A stretch of DNA of 38,238 nt from NCBI GenBank assembly GCA_046758705.1, contig JBHIAT010000012.1, positions 1-38,238 of the forward strand, written 5' to 3'. Origin of the DNA: Candidatus Bipolaricaulia bacterium. Its GTDB lineage: Bacteria > Bipolaricaulota > Bipolaricaulia > JBHIAT01. Shown here one piece after another: positions 27,692-37,100 of this stretch. The notes below the pieces were generated by a model that did no database searches, was not told where the DNA came from, and was given only the letters and a program-made list of their open reading frames with translations. The position numbers and the translations under genes were made by a program. Position 1 is the stretch's first letter; each line of letters starts with the position of its first letter.

Positions 27692-29584
27692 TCAGTAATA
27701 AAGGCGCTGTTTCTCTTGGTCTTCTTCGTACTTGGCCCGCAGTTCTTTCGTGATCGGATCATGGGTGAACTCCGCGGGGGCGAAGTCGATCCAAACGCTT
27801 GAACCAGGGAGATAGCGATACTCCTCCGTTTCGGCCACGATGACACACGCCCGTGTTTCGTCGCGGGCTTCGCGCAACGCGTCCCGCACCTCATCGGGCG
27901 TTTTCACGTTCCATGCCCGTGCACCCATACCCTCTGCGTTTCTGGCGTAGTCGATCTCGACGTACTCTCCGTCGAGGCGGTTTGTGGTCTTGTCACGCAT
28001 CCGGAACTCGTTGCCGAGGCTGTGTCCAACGTAAGCCTTCTGATGTCCGTGGATCGATTGATAGCCATGGTTCTCCGGAATAACCACGGTGAGCTTCAGG
28101 TTTTCCTGCTTGGCGGTGACCAACTCCATCGGGTTCATCAAATAGGTGCCGTCGCCGACCAAGCAATAGACCTCACCCTCAGGCTGAACCATGCGCACCC
28201 CAAGACCGGCCGCAATCTCGTAGCTCATACAGGAATAGCCGAATTCGAGGTGACAGGCACGGCCATGGCTGGCATCCCATATTTTGAGCAGGTCGCCCAC
28301 CGGGGTGCCAGAGGCGGCGATGATGGTGTCACCGGGCTGCGCCTCTTCGTTGATCACATGAATTAGCTGTCCCTGGCTCATCTTCTCACCGGGGATCTGT
28401 TGGTAAACCTCTTCCTCCAGTTGGGCGTTCCATTCGGTCTTCAACGCAGCGATCTCTTCGAGGTAATCAGGATTGGGCTTGATGCTTTCGGCTTCGGCCG
28501 CTTTCAACAGGGCTCGCAACGCCTCACGGACATCGGCGAGGATCGGCAATGCCCCTTGTTTATAAGCATCGTAGCTGCACACGTTGATGCCGATGAATTT
28601 TACGTCGGGATGTTTGAAAGCCGACTGTGAACCGGTGGCAAAATCGGTCATTCGCGTGCCGACGCAGATGATCAGGTCCGCCTGACTGGCGATCTTTGCA
28701 GAAGCCGTTGGGCTTTGATGGCCTTGGCCACCGAGCAAAAGCCCTGATTCGTTGCGAATCGCGCCCTTGCCGCCGTAGGTTTCACTCACCGGAATGCCAA
28801 ACTTCGCGACGAATGCCTTCAGTTCCTCCCACGCCTCGGAGTAATGGACGCCGCCGCCGGCGATGATCATCGGGCGTTCCGCCTCCTTGAGCCACGCCAC
28901 CGCCTCCGCGATGCGTTGAGGGTCCGGCAATCGTCGCTCAACACGCCACATTTGTTCCTCAAAGAAGTGGGCCGGATAATCGTAGACGTCTGTCTGCACA
29001 TCCTGCGGCAGAGACAGGGTCACTGCGCCGGTTTCGGCGGGATCGGTGAGCACGCGCATCGCTTCGGGCAAAGCGGTGAGCAGTTGCTCGGGACGGGAGA
29101 TACGATCGAAGAAGCGGCTGACCGGGCGCAGACAATCGTTGACGCTGACGTCGGCCGAGATCGGATGCTCAAGGGATTGCAACACCGGTCCCTGATGACG
29201 GGTGGCGTAGTAGTCGGATGGAAGCAACAGCACCGGCAGGCGGTTGACGGTTGCCCCCGCTGCACCGGTCACCATGTTGGTGGAACCGGGTCCGATGGAC
29301 GAAGTGCAGGCTAGTGTGGCCAGTCGGAGGTTGGCCTTGGCGAATCCAGCTGCGGTGTGGACCATCGATTGCTCATTGCAGGGTTGATAGTAGGGCAGGT
29401 CTTGACCGTATTCGACGAGTCCCTGACCCAGCCCGCTGACATTGCCATGGCCGAAGATGCCGAAGATCGCTGGGATCAGACGCTGCGTCTTGCCATCGCG
29501 TTCGCTGTATTGGACTTGCAGATACTTGACCAATGCCTGCCCCATGGTCAGGCGGATGGTTTTTTGGCCGTTTGTTCCTGGCAT
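27692..29584 (-). CDS. iolD: 3D-(3,5/4)-trihydroxycyclohexane-1,2-dione acylhydrolase (ThDP-dependent)
   Basis: GIFGHGNVSGLG, NEQSM, TSSIGPGSTNMVT, HLEFGYSCMSYEI, GDGTYLM; GGAGG RBS. Confidence 0.95.
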   Translation of the reverse strand: MPGTNGQKTIRLTMGQALVKYLQVQYSERDGKTQRLIPAIFGIFGHGNVSGLGQGLVEYGQDLPYYQPCNEQSMVHTAAGFAKANLRLATLACTSSIGPGSTNMVTGAAGATVNRLPVLLLPSDYYATRHQGPVLQSLEHPISADVSVNDCLRPVSRFFDRISRPEQLLTALPEAMRVLTDPAETGAVTLSLPQDVQTDVYDYPAHFFEEQMWRVERRLPDPQRIAEAVAWLKEAERPMIIAGGGVHYSEAWEELKAFVAKFGIPVSETYGGKGAIRNESGLLLGGQGHQSPTASAKIASQADLIICVGTRMTDFATGSQSAFKHPDVKFIGINVCSYDAYKQGALPILADVREALRALLKAAEAESIKPNPDYLEEIAALKTEWNAQLEEEVYQQIPGEKMSQGQLIHVINEEAQPGDTIIAASGTPVGDLLKIWDASHGRACHLEFGYSCMSYEIAAGLGVRMVQPEGEVYCLVGDGTYLMNPMELVTAKQENLKLTVVIPENHGYQSIHGHQKAYVGHSLGNEFRMRDKTTNRLDGEYVEIDYARNAEGMGARAWNVKTPDEVRDALREARDETRACVIVAETEEYRYLPGSSVWIDFAPAEFTHDPITKELRAKYEEDQEKQRLYY

Positions 29585-29614
29585 GTTCTCATCGCCTCCT
29601 TTCTATGACGAGTT

Positions 29615-30790
29615 TTAATCACGTCGAATGGTTTGTACCTCTTCCCAACTGTCGGTTTCCCACGAGCGTTGAATCGCGGTCTGCACGTCGGCCACGGCCA
29701 GGGCCTCACCAAAGCCGGGCTCACCCTGTTCTCCGTCTACGATCGACTTCAAGAATTGGTGGGCTTCGATGACCTTGAGATCTTCGAAGCTTAAGCTTTG
29801 ACCCGGACCGGGGTTGAAGCGCGCGTGAAACGGGTGCTCTGGTCCGACCACAATCCGGGCAAAGCCTTCGTGTCCCAGGGTCCCATCGGGGAGATAGAGG
29901 TTGAGTTCATTCATGCGCTCGAAGTCCCAGCTCAATGCACCGCGTGTCCCATGCACGTCGAAAGCCATATGACACTTAGGGCCGTTGATGACCCGACAGA
30001 CTTCCACACTGCCCTGGACCCCATTGGCAAATTGTACCAGAGCTCCAACATAGTCTTCATTGGTGACATCGCCCATTGGGCCTTCTGCGCCGACGGAATA
30101 ATGCGTGCCTTCGCCAACTGGGGCCAGCGGACGTTGTAATATGAAAGTCTCGTGATTGCCGACCACACGCTTGATAGGGCCTGCGATCATATGGGCCATA
30201 TCGGCCACATGCGACATCAAGTCACCCAGGGTGCCCAGCCCGGCAAGTTCGCGTTGGAAACGCCATGACAGCACCCCTTGAGGATTGCTGCCGTACATGG
30301 CAAAGAAACGGCCCCGATAGTGGGTCAGTTTGCCCAGTTGCCCATCTTGAATCAGTTGCCAGGCGTATTGGACAAGCGGTACCCACCGGTAGCTGTAACC
30401 CACAAACGACAAAACGCCGGCCTGGCGTGCTGCATGCTCGATGTCGGCAGTTTCCTGCGGATTTCGACCGACCGGTTTCTCGCAGAAGATGTGCTTACCT
30501 GCCCTGGCTGCGGCCCGCGCAATTTCAAGATGTAGGTGATTTGGAGTGGCAATATTCACAACTTTAACGTCCGGATCGGCAATCACCTGCTTCCAATCGG
30601 TCGTGTATCGTTCAAAGCCAAAGGATTCTTGAGCTTGGCGCGCACGAGCCTCGACATCATCGACACAGATGACCAGGCGTGGCTGGATGTCGCTATCTGG
30701 AAAGCGATTTGGAACCTGTCCGTAGGAGCGGCCGTGTACTGAACCCATCCACCCCATGCCGATCACACCAATACCTATGGTTTGTGTCAT
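29615..30790 (-). CDS. Gfo/Idh/MocA family oxidoreductase (inositol dehydrogenase-like)
   Basis: [38 protein letters not shown] supports ATG 30790. Confidence 0.92.
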   Translation of the reverse strand: MTQTIGIGVIGMGWMGSVHGRSYGQVPNRFPDSDIQPRLVICVDDVEARARQAQESFGFERYTTDWKQVIADPDVKVVNIATPNHLHLEIARAAARAGKHIFCEKPVGRNPQETADIEHAARQAGVLSFVGYSYRWVPLVQYAWQLIQDGQLGKLTHYRGRFFAMYGSNPQGVLSWRFQRELAGLGTLGDLMSHVADMAHMIAGPIKRVVGNHETFILQRPLAPVGEGTHYSVGAEGPMGDVTNEDYVGALVQFANGVQGSVEVCRVINGPKCHMAFDVHGTRGALSWDFERMNELNLYLPDGTLGHEGFARIVVGPEHPFHARFNPGPGQSLSFEDLKVIEAHQFLKSIVDGEQGEPGFGEALAVADVQTAIQRSWETDSWEEVQTIRRD

Positions 30791-30907
30791 GATGGAAGCT
30801 CCTTTTGATAGGATGTACCTCATTTAGCGTCTATTTGTCAATAGTTGACGCTGGTCCAGAGGGATGATGTAGCCAGTCAGAAGGGCATCGCTCCCGTTGC
30901 CCCATCG

Positions 30908-32061
30908 TTACGGAGCAATCACCACTTTCATGGCATGGTCGATGTCGAAAGCCTGTTGCATCGCCGCCTCCGCCTCCTCAATCCCGAACTCATGCGTGAC
31001 GAACTCATCGAACGGGAAGGTGTTCTTGAACTTCTCTATGAGCTTCAGGCTGGGGAGGTAAGCGGTCGGCGGATGGTTGGTCAGCCCGATCAACCGGATT
31101 CCTCGGGCGGCCAGATGTCGGTGGGGATTGATCATCACCTCCCCCACGTCGGCGAACACGCCGGCGACGATGTACATGCCACCTCGACGGGCCATCTCCA
31201 GCCCCTCTAGGATCGCTTCGGCGACTCCGGCGCACTCGACGACCAGATCCGCGCCCCGTCCGTCGGTGAGCTCCCGGACCCGTTCGATCCGCTCCTCAGC
31301 GGTCATCTCCCGGATGTTAATGGTATAATCGGCTCCGAACCGTTTGGCCATCTCCAGCCGGAACGTCGAGCCATCGATCGCGATGATGTCCCCGGCACCC
31401 AGGATCCGGCTCTTGACCACATGGAGGAGTCCCATTGGCCCGACCCCCTGGACGACCACCGTCGCTCCGGTGCCGAACCCCTCCCCATCCATTGAATAGA
31501 ACTGTTTGGCCTTATCCAGGTTGAAGGTAACCGCCATCAACTCGGTCATCACAGCGACTCTGGGTTCGATCCCTTTCGGCACTTTGTAGACGAACGCATC
31601 GGGGCGGACGTAGATATACTCCGCCCAGCCGCCGAACAGATGTGGGGGTTCAGCACAGGTGAACGCGTTTCCGTAGCCCTTGATATTCTCACAGAGCGGA
31701 AGCCGGCGGTGTGTTTGCAGTAGTAGCACTCTCCGCACAGGATGTCAGGGCACATCACCACCCGGTCGTCGATGTCGAGTTCCTTGCCGTAGAATTCAAG
31801 CTCTGTTCGAGCCCGGCTGCCGATCTCGGCGACCGTGCCGACGATTTCATGGCCGGGGATGATCGGAAACGGGGTGGTCGACTCGGCACCCGTCCCCCCG
31901 TACTGGGTCGTCTCACCCCGGTAGGTATGTTTGTCAGTGCCGCAGATGCCACACATCTCAGTGGCGATCAGCAGGCTATGCTCATCGATTTGGGGGTAGG
32001 GAAACTCCTGGGTCTCGATCTGATCGGGCTTCACCATCACGGCTGCTTTGACGGTCCTCAC
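30908..32061 (-). pseudogene. Zn-dependent alcohol/polyol dehydrogenase (MDR family) split by a 1-nt frameshift near 31698
   Basis: Frame A holds CGICGTDKH, GHEIVG, CGECYYC; frame B continues PLCENIKGYG...GVGPMG...KVVIAP. The span is 1154 nt and one extra base restores a 384-aa ORF. Could be a sequencing error. Confidence 0.85.
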
Positions 32062-32203
32062 GTCGATGATTCCTCCCTGTTAAGAACAGGTTCTCAGTGG
32101 CATCAGAGATCACAAGAGAGGAAGATGGCCGGGCATCTCTCACCCTCTCGCTTTTCCTGTTCTCTTTCTCCTCGCTGCACTTATGTGTACGTTCCTGCAA
32201 AAC

Positions 32204-32232
32204 TTGACACCATTATACATCTGTGCTACACT
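32204..32232 (+). promoter_or_regulatory. Strong sigma70 promoter with no sense CDS downstream (drives putative sRNA)
   Basis: TTGACA (32204-32209)-N17-TACACT (32227-32232) with extended -10 TG at 32224-32225. Confidence 0.75.
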
Positions 32233-32238
32233 TTAAAT

Positions 32239-32305
32239 GTCTTTAGAAAGGACTAAAGCTTACGGGTCTCCGTAAGCGAATGGGCCCGGCTACGGCTGGG
32301 CCTTT
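32239..32305 (+). ncRNA. Putative three-hairpin small RNA convergent with and overlapping the NYN gene 3' end
   Basis: Starts about 7 nt after the -10 box. Hairpins: GUCUUU-AGA-AAGGAC (or CUUUAG/CUAAAG), GCUUACGG-GUCU-CCGUAAGC, and GGCCCGGC-UACG-GCUGGGCC followed by UUU. The C(UACG)G tetraloop and the G-U pair work only on the + strand. Confidence 0.65.
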
Positions 32306-32868
32306 GCAATTTTCTCGATATTTGCGCGCAACTGGTGCAAATAGATGACCTGATTCGCCGCCTTTCTTAACTGCTGTGAGATCCGATCTCTATGGCTTAC
32401 CACCACTGTCTTCTTGAAGCGCCCCTTGAGGTACTTCACCAGCTTGACAAAGTCACCATCGCCACTGCATAGAATGAAAGTGTCATACTCTGAGATGGTA
32501 TCTAAAGCATCAATGGTTAATTCCACATCGAAGTTGCACTTGTGCTTGAACCGGGCGGTTGTCGCATCGTAGACCCGACTGATGGGTTTGGTGCGCACGA
32601 TGATCCCAAACGATTTGAGGAGCTTGAAGTAGGCCTCCTTCTGTGATTTCGCCCTTCTGAAGTCGTTGATGGTTGCACCAGGGTTCCTATCGAAGAAGAA
32701 TGCCTTGGTGATTTGACCTTCGTAATAAAAGGCCTTTTGGAGATCGTATTGTTGCCGGAAATAATTGATGAACTTTTGAAAATCAATTTCCCAGTTCTCG
32801 TTGCGCATCGCATAATGATAATTGGCAGCATCGATGAAGAGACTGACTTTCTCTTTAGGATTCTTCAT
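32290..32868 (-). CDS. NYN domain (LabA/DUF88, PIN-like) putative ribonuclease
   Basis: FIDAAN, KCNFDVELTID, ILCSGDGDFVKLVKYLK: acidic active-site residues intact; visibly more AT-rich than its neighbours. Confidence 0.92.
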   Translation of the reverse strand: MKNPKEKVSLFIDAANYHYAMRNENWEIDFQKFINYFRQQYDLQKAFYYEGQITKAFFFDRNPGATINDFRRAKSQKEAYFKLLKSFGIIVRTKPISRVYDATTARFKHKCNFDVELTIDALDTISEYDTFILCSGDGDFVKLVKYLKGRFKKTVVVSHRDRISQQLRKAANQVIYLHQLRANIEKIAKAQP

Positions 32869-32942
32869 CTTTGCTTTCTACCACTCCTCCACCACCCGAA
32901 TCTCCGCCGCCTATCCCCCAGAGCGGCGCCAACTTGGCTATA

Positions 32943-34127
32943 TCAGTACTTTCCGTACTCCTGGAGCGTCTCCCACATGGCCATAATGTTCTCGGGAGGG
33001 ACGTCGGCCTGGATGTTGTGGATGGTGGTGAACACGAACCCGCCCCCGGGTGCCATGTCGTCGATGCGCCGCTTCACATCGTCGCGCACCTGTTGGGGCG
33101 TCCCCTTCGGCAGCGTCGTCATCGACTCCACCCCGGCGCCCCAGAAGACGAGGTCGTCCCCGAACGCCGGCTTGACTCTGGAGCTGTCCATGCCGACGGC
33201 ATCGACTTGAACCGGATTGAGTATATCGACTCCGATCTCGATCAGATCCGGGATCATATCGAAGATCGCGCCATCGGTGTGCAAGAACAGGTAGGCGTTG
33301 GGCGCCCGCTCCTTGATGAACGAGAACAGCCGTTTGTGGCGCGGTTTGATCATATCCCGGTACATCTGGGGAGAGATCATCGGTCGGTCCTGCCAGCCGA
33401 GATCGTCTTGCTCGATCACCACATCGACGACGTCACCGAGCTCCCCCAACGCCATATCCCAGAAGTCCATACGCAGGTCGGTATGTTTGTCCAGCAAATA
33501 GCCGGCCAGCTTTGGGTTACCGGCCATGTCGATGTAAAAGTCGGTGTAGTTCCTGATCCAGAGTGACCTCTCGAACAGCCCGGCACCGAGCTGCAGTATG
33601 GTGGCATAGCCCGCCTCCTGCATCTGCTCGAAGATCTCGCGGTACCCTTCGATTCGGACCGGGTCCCGGAAGTTAGGCCAGATGCGGTTGTCGATATCCT
33701 CTTGGGTCAGCTCACCGGAGAGCGGATGGTGTTCCATATCGTAGTACAGGTTGTTGCTGGCCAACTTCCATTTGATCCCCCACTCGTCGGTGAACACCTT
33801 GCGTCCTTTCTCTTCGTGGACCTCCAGCCTCCAATCGGAGGTCGAGTCGGGTCCATGATTGCCGCGGGCGCGCAGCCCTCGGGTGTCGACCTTGAACTGC
33901 TGGAGCACCTGTTCATCGACCTGGGCCAGCTGGGGGGCGAAGTCGAAGACCGGGATGTCGTCGATCTCGATGTCTAGATGGTCGAGGAGACGGCGATAGG
34001 CGAACAGGCTGATGCCGGTGATCGACGTGCTCCCCAGGTCGTAGGGGATGCGATCCGGTTCTTTGTGATTCAAGGCGGTCAGCAGACGCTCTCGTGGTGT
34101 CATCTCTGATGTCTCTGATGTGCTCAC
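32943..34127 (-). CDS. Uroporphyrinogen decarboxylase/MtaA-CmuA family protein (probable corrinoid-dependent methyltransferase-like)
   Basis: MTPRERLLTALNHKEPDRIP, TDEWG, DDLGWQDRPMISP, FLHTDG, ILNPVQ, TTIHNIQADVPPENI. GTG 34127 overlaps the pfkB stop (alternative ATG 34103). Confidence 0.88.
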   Translation of the reverse strand: MSTSETSEMTPRERLLTALNHKEPDRIPYDLGSTSITGISLFAYRRLLDHLDIEIDDIPVFDFAPQLAQVDEQVLQQFKVDTRGLRARGNHGPDSTSDWRLEVHEEKGRKVFTDEWGIKWKLASNNLYYDMEHHPLSGELTQEDIDNRIWPNFRDPVRIEGYREIFEQMQEAGYATILQLGAGLFERSLWIRNYTDFYIDMAGNPKLAGYLLDKHTDLRMDFWDMALGELGDVVDVVIEQDDLGWQDRPMISPQMYRDMIKPRHKRLFSFIKERAPNAYLFLHTDGAIFDMIPDLIEIGVDILNPVQVDAVGMDSSRVKPAFGDDLVFWGAGVESMTTLPKGTPQQVRDDVKRRIDDMAPGGGFVFTTIHNIQADVPPENIMAMWETLQEYGKY

Positions 34128-35083
34128 CGGTATGCCCTCTTTCGCATCTCCGTATTCTTCATGAAATCTAAGATCTCGTCCGTAGTCGCTGTGCCGAGGA
34201 TCTCGCCGACCTGGGTCACGCTGTAAGCCCCTACTCCGTTGGCGAAATGCGTCGTCCGTTCCAGATCCCAGCCGCGGATCAGGCCGGTCAGGAACCCAGC
34301 CTCGAAGGCATCCCCTGCCGCTGTGGTATCGAGCGCTTGGACGTTGAAGGTCGGCAGGTGGAGCTCGTGATCCGTGGTTTTCAAGTAACACCCGTTTGCC
34401 CCCATCTTGATGGCCACGACCCGGACGCCTCGGTCGAGGAGCAGATCGGCGATATCTTGGAGTTCGGTCCTGCCGGTCAGCGCCTGTGCTTCGGCGTAGT
34501 TGGGGAACAGGTAGTCGATGAATGGGAGGCAGGGTTCCAGAAGCTTCATCCACTGGCCGGTGGCGTCCCAGACGAGATCGACGCTGGTGATAAGGCCTCG
34601 GGAACGGGCCATCTCCAGGACCCGGGCCGCCGGTTGACCGTCCAGGCTGGGGAGGACGAACAGGCTGCCGAGATGGAAGAATCGTGCCGCTTGGAACAGG
34701 GGAGAGTTCCAGTCGATATCGGTCTCGCAGAGATTGGCATTGGCGCCCATGGAGTGTAGAAAACCCTTCTCGCCATCCTTGCGGGTGGGAGCGATGGTGA
34801 CCGAGGTGTCGGTGCTGTCATCGACGATCACACCGGAGTTGTCAACTCCGCACGACTCCAGGAACGTCGTCAGAAACTGGCCAAAGCCATCAGCGCCGAT
34901 CCGCCCGATCACTCCGACGTCAATCCCGAATCGGCCGAGCACGGTGGCCACTGAGGCATGGTTGCCACCGCACAACAGCTTGGTCTCGTCAACCAACACC
35001 AGTTCATCTCGCTGGGGCAGCCGGTCGACCGTCCTGGCGATGACGTTCGCGACCAAGTTGCCCATGCAGATGATCTCTGCCAT
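34124..35083 (-). CDS. PfkB/ribokinase family carbohydrate kinase
   Basis: GGNHAS...IGRIGADGFG, PNYAEA, KMGANG, DTTAAGDAFEAGF. Confidence 0.92.
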   Translation of the reverse strand: MAEIICMGNLVANVIARTVDRLPQRDELVLVDETKLLCGGNHASVATVLGRFGIDVGVIGRIGADGFGQFLTTFLESCGVDNSGVIVDDSTDTSVTIAPTRKDGEKGFLHSMGANANLCETDIDWNSPLFQAARFFHLGSLFVLPSLDGQPAARVLEMARSRGLITSVDLVWDATGQWMKLLEPCLPFIDYLFPNYAEAQALTGRTELQDIADLLLDRGVRVVAIKMGANGCYLKTTDHELHLPTFNVQALDTTAAGDAFEAGFLTGLIRGWDLERTTHFANGVGAYSVTQVGEILGTATTDEILDFMKNTEMRKRAYR

Positions 35084-35140
35084 ATCGTTTGCTGTCTCCC
35101 GGCTGATCTTAGTGAGGGTCAGGCTTTTTTATTTTGATGG

Positions 35141-35935
35141 CTATTTCGCCATCCCGCCTACCGGCTCACCGGTGGCGATTGTCTCGATGACGTCGTCGAT
35201 CCCGACATCTTTTTTGGCGTGATCTGCGATCTTAACGCCTTGCTCCAGGATCACGAACCGATCGGCGATCGGGTAGACATGGTAGACATTGTGGGTGACG
35301 AAGATGACCGATGCTCCTGAGTCCCGGACCTCTTCGGTATGCGCCAGGCACTTGCGCTGCTCTCTGACAGACAGGGCGTTCATCGGCTCATCGAGGATGA
35401 GCAATTCGGCTCCGAAGTACATCGAGCGACCGATGGCGATCGCCTGTCGCTCACCGCCGGACAGGACCGAGACAAACTCATCCGGATCTTGGATTCGACT
35501 GATGCCGATGTCTTCCAAGATCTTCTTGCTCTCCTCCTCCATCGTCTTCTTATCCAGCCAGGGAATGAGACCGAACTTCTTGTTGATCGGCTCTCGTCCC
35601 AGGAAGAAGTTCCGGGCGACGCTCATGATGTTCACCAGAGAGATATCCTGGTAGACGGTCTCGATGCCCAGCTCTCTGGTTTTGTGAGGGGACATCTGCT
35701 CGATTCGCTCCCCCTCAAAGTAGATCTCCCCTTCGGTCGGGGGGAAGACGCCAGACAGGATCTTGACCAGGGTCGATTTGCCCGCCCCGTTGTCGCCTAG
35801 CAGGCCGACGATCTCCTGACGGCCGACATGAAAGTCCACGCCCCTCAGCGCGTGAACTGTTCCGAACCACTTTTCGATACCCTTCATTTCGACCATCGGG
35901 TGGCTGTTCTCACTCGTCTTGGGATCTGCGTTCAT
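35141..35935 (-). CDS. Sugar (CUT2-type) ABC transporter ATP-binding protein, single domain
   Basis: GDNGAGKST, GIETVYQD, LSGGERQ, ILDEP; GAGGAGG RBS. Confidence 0.93.
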   Translation of the reverse strand: MNADPKTSENSHPMVEMKGIEKWFGTVHALRGVDFHVGRQEIVGLLGDNGAGKSTLVKILSGVFPPTEGEIYFEGERIEQMSPHKTRELGIETVYQDISLVNIMSVARNFFLGREPINKKFGLIPWLDKKTMEEESKKILEDIGISRIQDPDEFVSVLSGGERQAIAIGRSMYFGAELLILDEPMNALSVREQRKCLAHTEEVRDSGASVIFVTHNVYHVYPIADRFVILEQGVKIADHAKKDVGIDDVIETIATGEPVGGMAK

Positions 35936-35956
35936 CGTGCCCCTCCTCTCAACTCG

Positions 35957-37006
35957 TCATATCCCGATATCTTTGCCTCGGACCCTCATGGTGATCACAG
36001 CCGCAGCGATCAGCGTGATGCCGACGAACAGTCTGAACCAGTAACCGGGCGCACCGGCGAGCAGCAGTCCGGTTCGGAACATCCCGGCCACCAGGAACGT
36101 CCCAAGGAATGTCCCAATGATCGTCCCGGATCCGCCAAAAAGCAGGGTGCCTCCGATCACCACCGCGGCGATCACCTCGAGTTCGAGCCCGGACCCGAAC
36201 GCCGGGGATGCGAGCCTGAACCGGGACAGGGCAATGGAGCCGGCGAGCCCGGATAGCAATCCCAGAACCATGAAGTTGGTCATCTTGACCCGGTTGATGT
36301 TCACACCCATCACCTGGGCGGCGACTTTGTTGCCTCCGGTGGCGTATACCCAGTTCCCATAACCGGTGCGGGTGAGAATGTAGGTGAAAATCACCACCAG
36401 GGCGATAAACCACAGATGTGAGGGGCGCAGGCCGCCGCCACCGACGATGGTCGTAAAGCTTTGACCCAGAATGTTGAGGGCGATGTCGTCACCAAGGTAC
36501 CGGGTAGATCTCCCTCCGGTGATCATCAGCAGGACCCCCTTCAGGATCCCCAGCATGCCCAGTGTGGTAATGAACGACGGGATCTGTGCCCTGAGCGTGA
36601 TCGTCCCGTTCAAGAACCCGACGAACGTGGTGAACATCAGGGTGAGCAGCAACGCCAGCAAGGAATGGAGGCCGGTGTTTGCCAGCGTTGAGAACAGGAA
36701 GCCAGCCACTGCATAGTTGGCTCCGACGGACAGATCGAACTCTCCAGAGATCATCAGCATGGTGGCCCCGATCGCGATGATCCCCCACTCGGAGATGAGG
36801 GTGAACATGCCGATCAGGTTGGTGCCGGTCGCGAACGTATTCGTGCCGAAGCGGATCACGGGAACGAGAGAGAAGGCAAGAAACACGATAAAGAAGAAGA
36901 CCAAGACCCCAAACTCAGGGTGTTTCCGCAGGTTAGCCAGCAGCAGCGAGCAGGGCTCGACACGCTGTTCTATTTCCGTTAGCTCTTCGGTTTTCGTTTG
37001 CGCCAT
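35957..37006 (-). CDS. Sugar ABC transporter permease (RbsC-like)
   Basis: ISGEFDLSVG, IPSFITTLG, YATGGN, LEVIAAVVIGGTLLFGGSG. Confidence 0.93.
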   Translation of the reverse strand: MAQTKTEELTEIEQRVEPCSLLLANLRKHPEFGVLVFFFIVFLAFSLVPVIRFGTNTFATGTNLIGMFTLISEWGIIAIGATMLMISGEFDLSVGANYAVAGFLFSTLANTGLHSLLALLLTLMFTTFVGFLNGTITLRAQIPSFITTLGMLGILKGVLLMITGGRSTRYLGDDIALNILGQSFTTIVGGGGLRPSHLWFIALVVIFTYILTRTGYGNWVYATGGNKVAAQVMGVNINRVKMTNFMVLGLLSGLAGSIALSRFRLASPAFGSGLELEVIAAVVIGGTLLFGGSGTIIGTFLGTFLVAGMFRTGLLLAGAPGYWFRLFVGITLIAAAVITMRVRGKDIGI

Positions 37007-37028
37007 GGTTATAGATGTGGACAGACGT

Positions 37029-37067
37029 GATGTGGGGGATACCCTGGGTCAGGATATCCCCCACATC
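37029..37067 (-). terminator. Intercistronic stem-loop after the sugar SBP gene
   Basis: GATGTGGGGGATA-C-CCTG-GGT-CAGG-A-TATCCCCCACATC; the single C/A mismatch becomes a G-U pair on the coding (minus) strand. Confidence 0.7.
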
Positions 37068-37100
37068 GGTTGTCGGTCGTCTTTCACCCCGAGGTGATTG

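Noticed and set aside
31676-31700. Short similarity (TGTGAGAATATCA on minus strand) to the core of the 63-bp repeat near the dehydrogenase frameshift
   Set aside because: Only about 12 nt, needs a gap, and encodes ordinary residues (CENI) of the enzyme; chance match.
32239-32305. Hairpin cluster as a tRNA or merely the NYN gene terminator
   Set aside because: No acceptor stem, T-loop or CCA. On the minus strand the stem overlapping the stop codon has an A-C mismatch and no U-tract, while the + strand has a promoter and UNCG loop; partial bidirectional termination is still possible.
34104-34121. 9-bp tandem duplication (ACATCAGAG x2, TSETSE) at the UroD-family N-terminus
   Set aside because: Two in-frame units in a variable leader; no sign of phase variation.
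34128-34553. Long N-terminal extension of the UroD-family ORF (536 aa)
   Set aside because: Alternative frame of the pfkB gene, Arg/Pro-rich and non-protein-like; the real start is at the GTGA overlap or ATG 34103.
34124-35083. Calling the PfkB kinase iolC
   Set aside because: Only generic PfkB motifs are visible; context is suggestive but not enough to assign substrate.
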